A stretch of 48,990 bases of DNA, counting the filler, from Catajapyx aquilonaris (taxonomy: Eukaryota), in NCBI GenBank assembly GCA_000934665.2. It is 3 parts of 3 records of this genome, joined end to end, with 100 filler letters (N's around TTAATTAATTAA, not from the genome) between each part and the next. Parts side by side here need not be neighbours in the genome. Positions count along the whole stretch, not along the records: positions 32,916 to 48,990 come from KZ539666.1; 2 more parts are not named here. One strand, 5' to 3'. The position numbers and the translations under genes were made by a program. This document shows positions 48,461 through 48,990 of this stretch, in pieces. The notes below the pieces were generated by a model that worked only from the letters and a program-made list of their open reading frames with translations, was not told where the DNA came from and searched no databases. How positions within the stretch are numbered: position 1 is the stretch's first letter; each line of letters opens with the position of its first letter.

Positions 48461-48990
48461 CACGTCCAGTTGCCTGCTGACCTCCTTGGGTGAAGGTCGC
48501 TTTTTTCCCGGTCTCTCCCGCCGTCATCGTCACCTGCCGGACCTTCTCGCTTCTCCCCTTCCCCAGCCACCCTGCCGCTCCCCCCCCCCCCCNNNNNNNN
48601 NNNNNCCCCCCCTCGCCGCGGCGGGGCCGTGGTGGCTCATGTCAAGTATACCCAAGACATTCGCCGAATCAATTTGTTCGTAACCTAGCAACTTACGAAT
48701 CGGATCGAAGTGATGACAATCCCATCTGTAACCCATCTGTATTCTGATCAAGCTCGAGGAATTAATTCCGGGTCACTTCCCCGACTTCAAACCCAGAAGC
48801 AAAACAACGAATCAAAGGGTCGGCAAGCCGCAGGTACTGTTTCCTAATTGATTCGGCGAATGTCCCGTATACTTGACTCGAAACGTTAGCATTCCCTTAC
48901 CAAAATTTAACATAGCCGCGAGCTTGCCGCTAGGTCGCCAGAAGCTGGCGAGCTCGCCTCAGGATAGCCGCCACGTCGCGGGACCTCGCG

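Overview
This is eukaryotic (metazoan, probably invertebrate) genomic DNA. It has GT-AG introns of about 47-100 bp, tRNA-derived SINEs, LINEs and MITEs, and no prokaryotic operons or CRISPR arrays. It is not one locus: two identical 100-bp spacers (N44-TTAATTAATTAA-N44, at 16312-16411 and 32816-32915) join three ~16-kb contigs. Contig 1 (1-16311) has no recognisable coding sequence and few transposons, and is rich in homeodomain-type motifs, so it looks like cis-regulatory DNA. Contig 2 (16412-32815) holds the 3' end of an RTE-type LINE, Tc1 and Gypsy remnants, many MITEs and palindromes, an orphan spliced coiled-coil gene, a 5-exon zinc-finger gene, a PARG pseudogene split by a piggyBac-type MITE, and a THAP pseudogene next to a 300-bp palindrome. 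Contig 3 (32916-48990) holds SINEs, MITEs and a tandem duplication carrying two two-exon genes for small secreted Gly-rich peptides, which the ORF track mostly misses. Their signal peptides are nearly identical, their mature regions have diverged, both keep a GxxxG zipper, and one has a GKRR amidation/cleavage site. This peptide pair is the best candidate for an undescribed system. All homology calls come from recalled motifs and were read by eye; no database search was run.
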